The notes below the pieces were generated by a model. That model was not told the DNA's origin, searched no databases, and worked only from the letters and a program-made list of their open reading frames with translations. DNA of 64,000 nt from IMG/VR virus record IMGVR_UViG_3300044981_000387, positions 32,001 through 96,000 of that record; one strand, 5' to 3'. Origin of the DNA: a virus. Shown one piece after another: positions 63,565 to 64,000 of the stretch (the first letter of the stretch is position 1; every line of letters starts with the position of its first letter). The position numbers and the translations under genes are program-made.

Positions 63565-64000
63565 TTAAGCATGTAAATCATATACTTTTCCAAATGGCGC
63601 ATGAAAACTAGTTCCGCTTGTAATTATCCAATAAACTGGTATTCCAGGGTTTCTCATATCAGCTATATCGGTATCTAATAAGAATCCGTCAGTTATGACT
63701 ATTAGAAAATCACATTTACCTATATTCTTTTCATATTCGGAAAAGAATTGCGCAAACATAGTTCCGCCCCTACCATAAACTTTAATTTTTGACAACTCTT
63801 CTATATTACATTTTCTAATTTTGAGTGCTTTGTCCCAATAACATGTAGCATCACATGGAACGACTGTGAGCTCTCCCTTTTCATCTAATGATTGTAATTG
63901 ACTAACACCAAAAGCCATATCTTCTTTACTCATGGATCCAGAAGTGTCTAGTAAAACGCCCCCATTACAATAATAAGTTTTTCTCTTAGGAACAAGTAGC
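63565..64000 (-). CDS. VWA-like domain protein (DUF2201-type), partial, 5' end outside the window
   Basis: frame open to the window edge: ...GVLLDTSGSM (MIDAS DxSxS), CDA, GRGGT, IVITDG. Confidence 0.8.
   Translation of the reverse strand, partial: LLVPKRKTYYCNGGVLLDTSGSMSKEDMAFGVSQLQSLDEKGELTVVPCDATCYWDKALKIRKCNIEELSKIKVYGRGGTMFAQFFSEYEKNIGKCDFLIVITDGFLLDTDIADMRNPGIPVYWIITSGTSFHAPFGKVYDLHA

Noticed and set aside
1-64000. Genome-wide TAG-to-Gln recoding (genetic code 15)
   Set aside because: Long conserved genes such as sbcC, topA, rIIA and nadA are uninterrupted under code 11; only one convincing in-frame TAG was found.
1-64000. Cellular (bacterial or CPR) chromosome origin suggested by rpsU, infC, topA, clpP and nadA
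   Set aside because: These genes are isolated from their usual bacterial operons and interspersed with rIIA/rIIB, Rnl1, PseT, dNMP kinase and many small orphan ORFs, which fits a huge phage. No capsid gene is in the window to confirm this.

Overview
AT-rich, densely coding segment, mostly on the minus strand, of a very large (jumbo/huge) bacteriophage genome. Phage-type genes include a gp46/gp47-like SbcCD nuclease, dNMP kinase, rIIA/rIIB, an Rnl1-like ligase and a PseT-like PNK. Host-takeover genes include bS21, IF-3, peptide deformylase, DksA/TraR, ClpP plus an inactive ClpR-like partner, TopA, FtsK, two HU/IHF proteins, NadA, IscA and Thg1. There is also a plus-strand sugar-nucleotide/glycosylation island and an RNA-repair cluster. 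RNA genes read directly from the sequence are tRNA-Arg(CCT), three tandem tRNA-Thr (TGT, GGT, CGT), a tmRNA (tag ADDMVFAEAA) and two different tRNAs with an amber CUA anticodon. The most striking observation is a PTH2-fold (peptidyl-tRNA-hydrolase-like) gene whose true start (ATG 32656) is followed by an in-frame TAG at codon 4 (ATG TGT TCG TAG AAC GAT AAA...). One CUA tRNA begins 9 nt after this gene's stop, and TAG is almost unused as a real stop elsewhere in the window. This suggests an amber-readthrough-gated cassette. Several tRNAs also carry non-canonical elbow residues that appear compensatory (A19-U56). All protein calls are by motif recognition; no database search was run.
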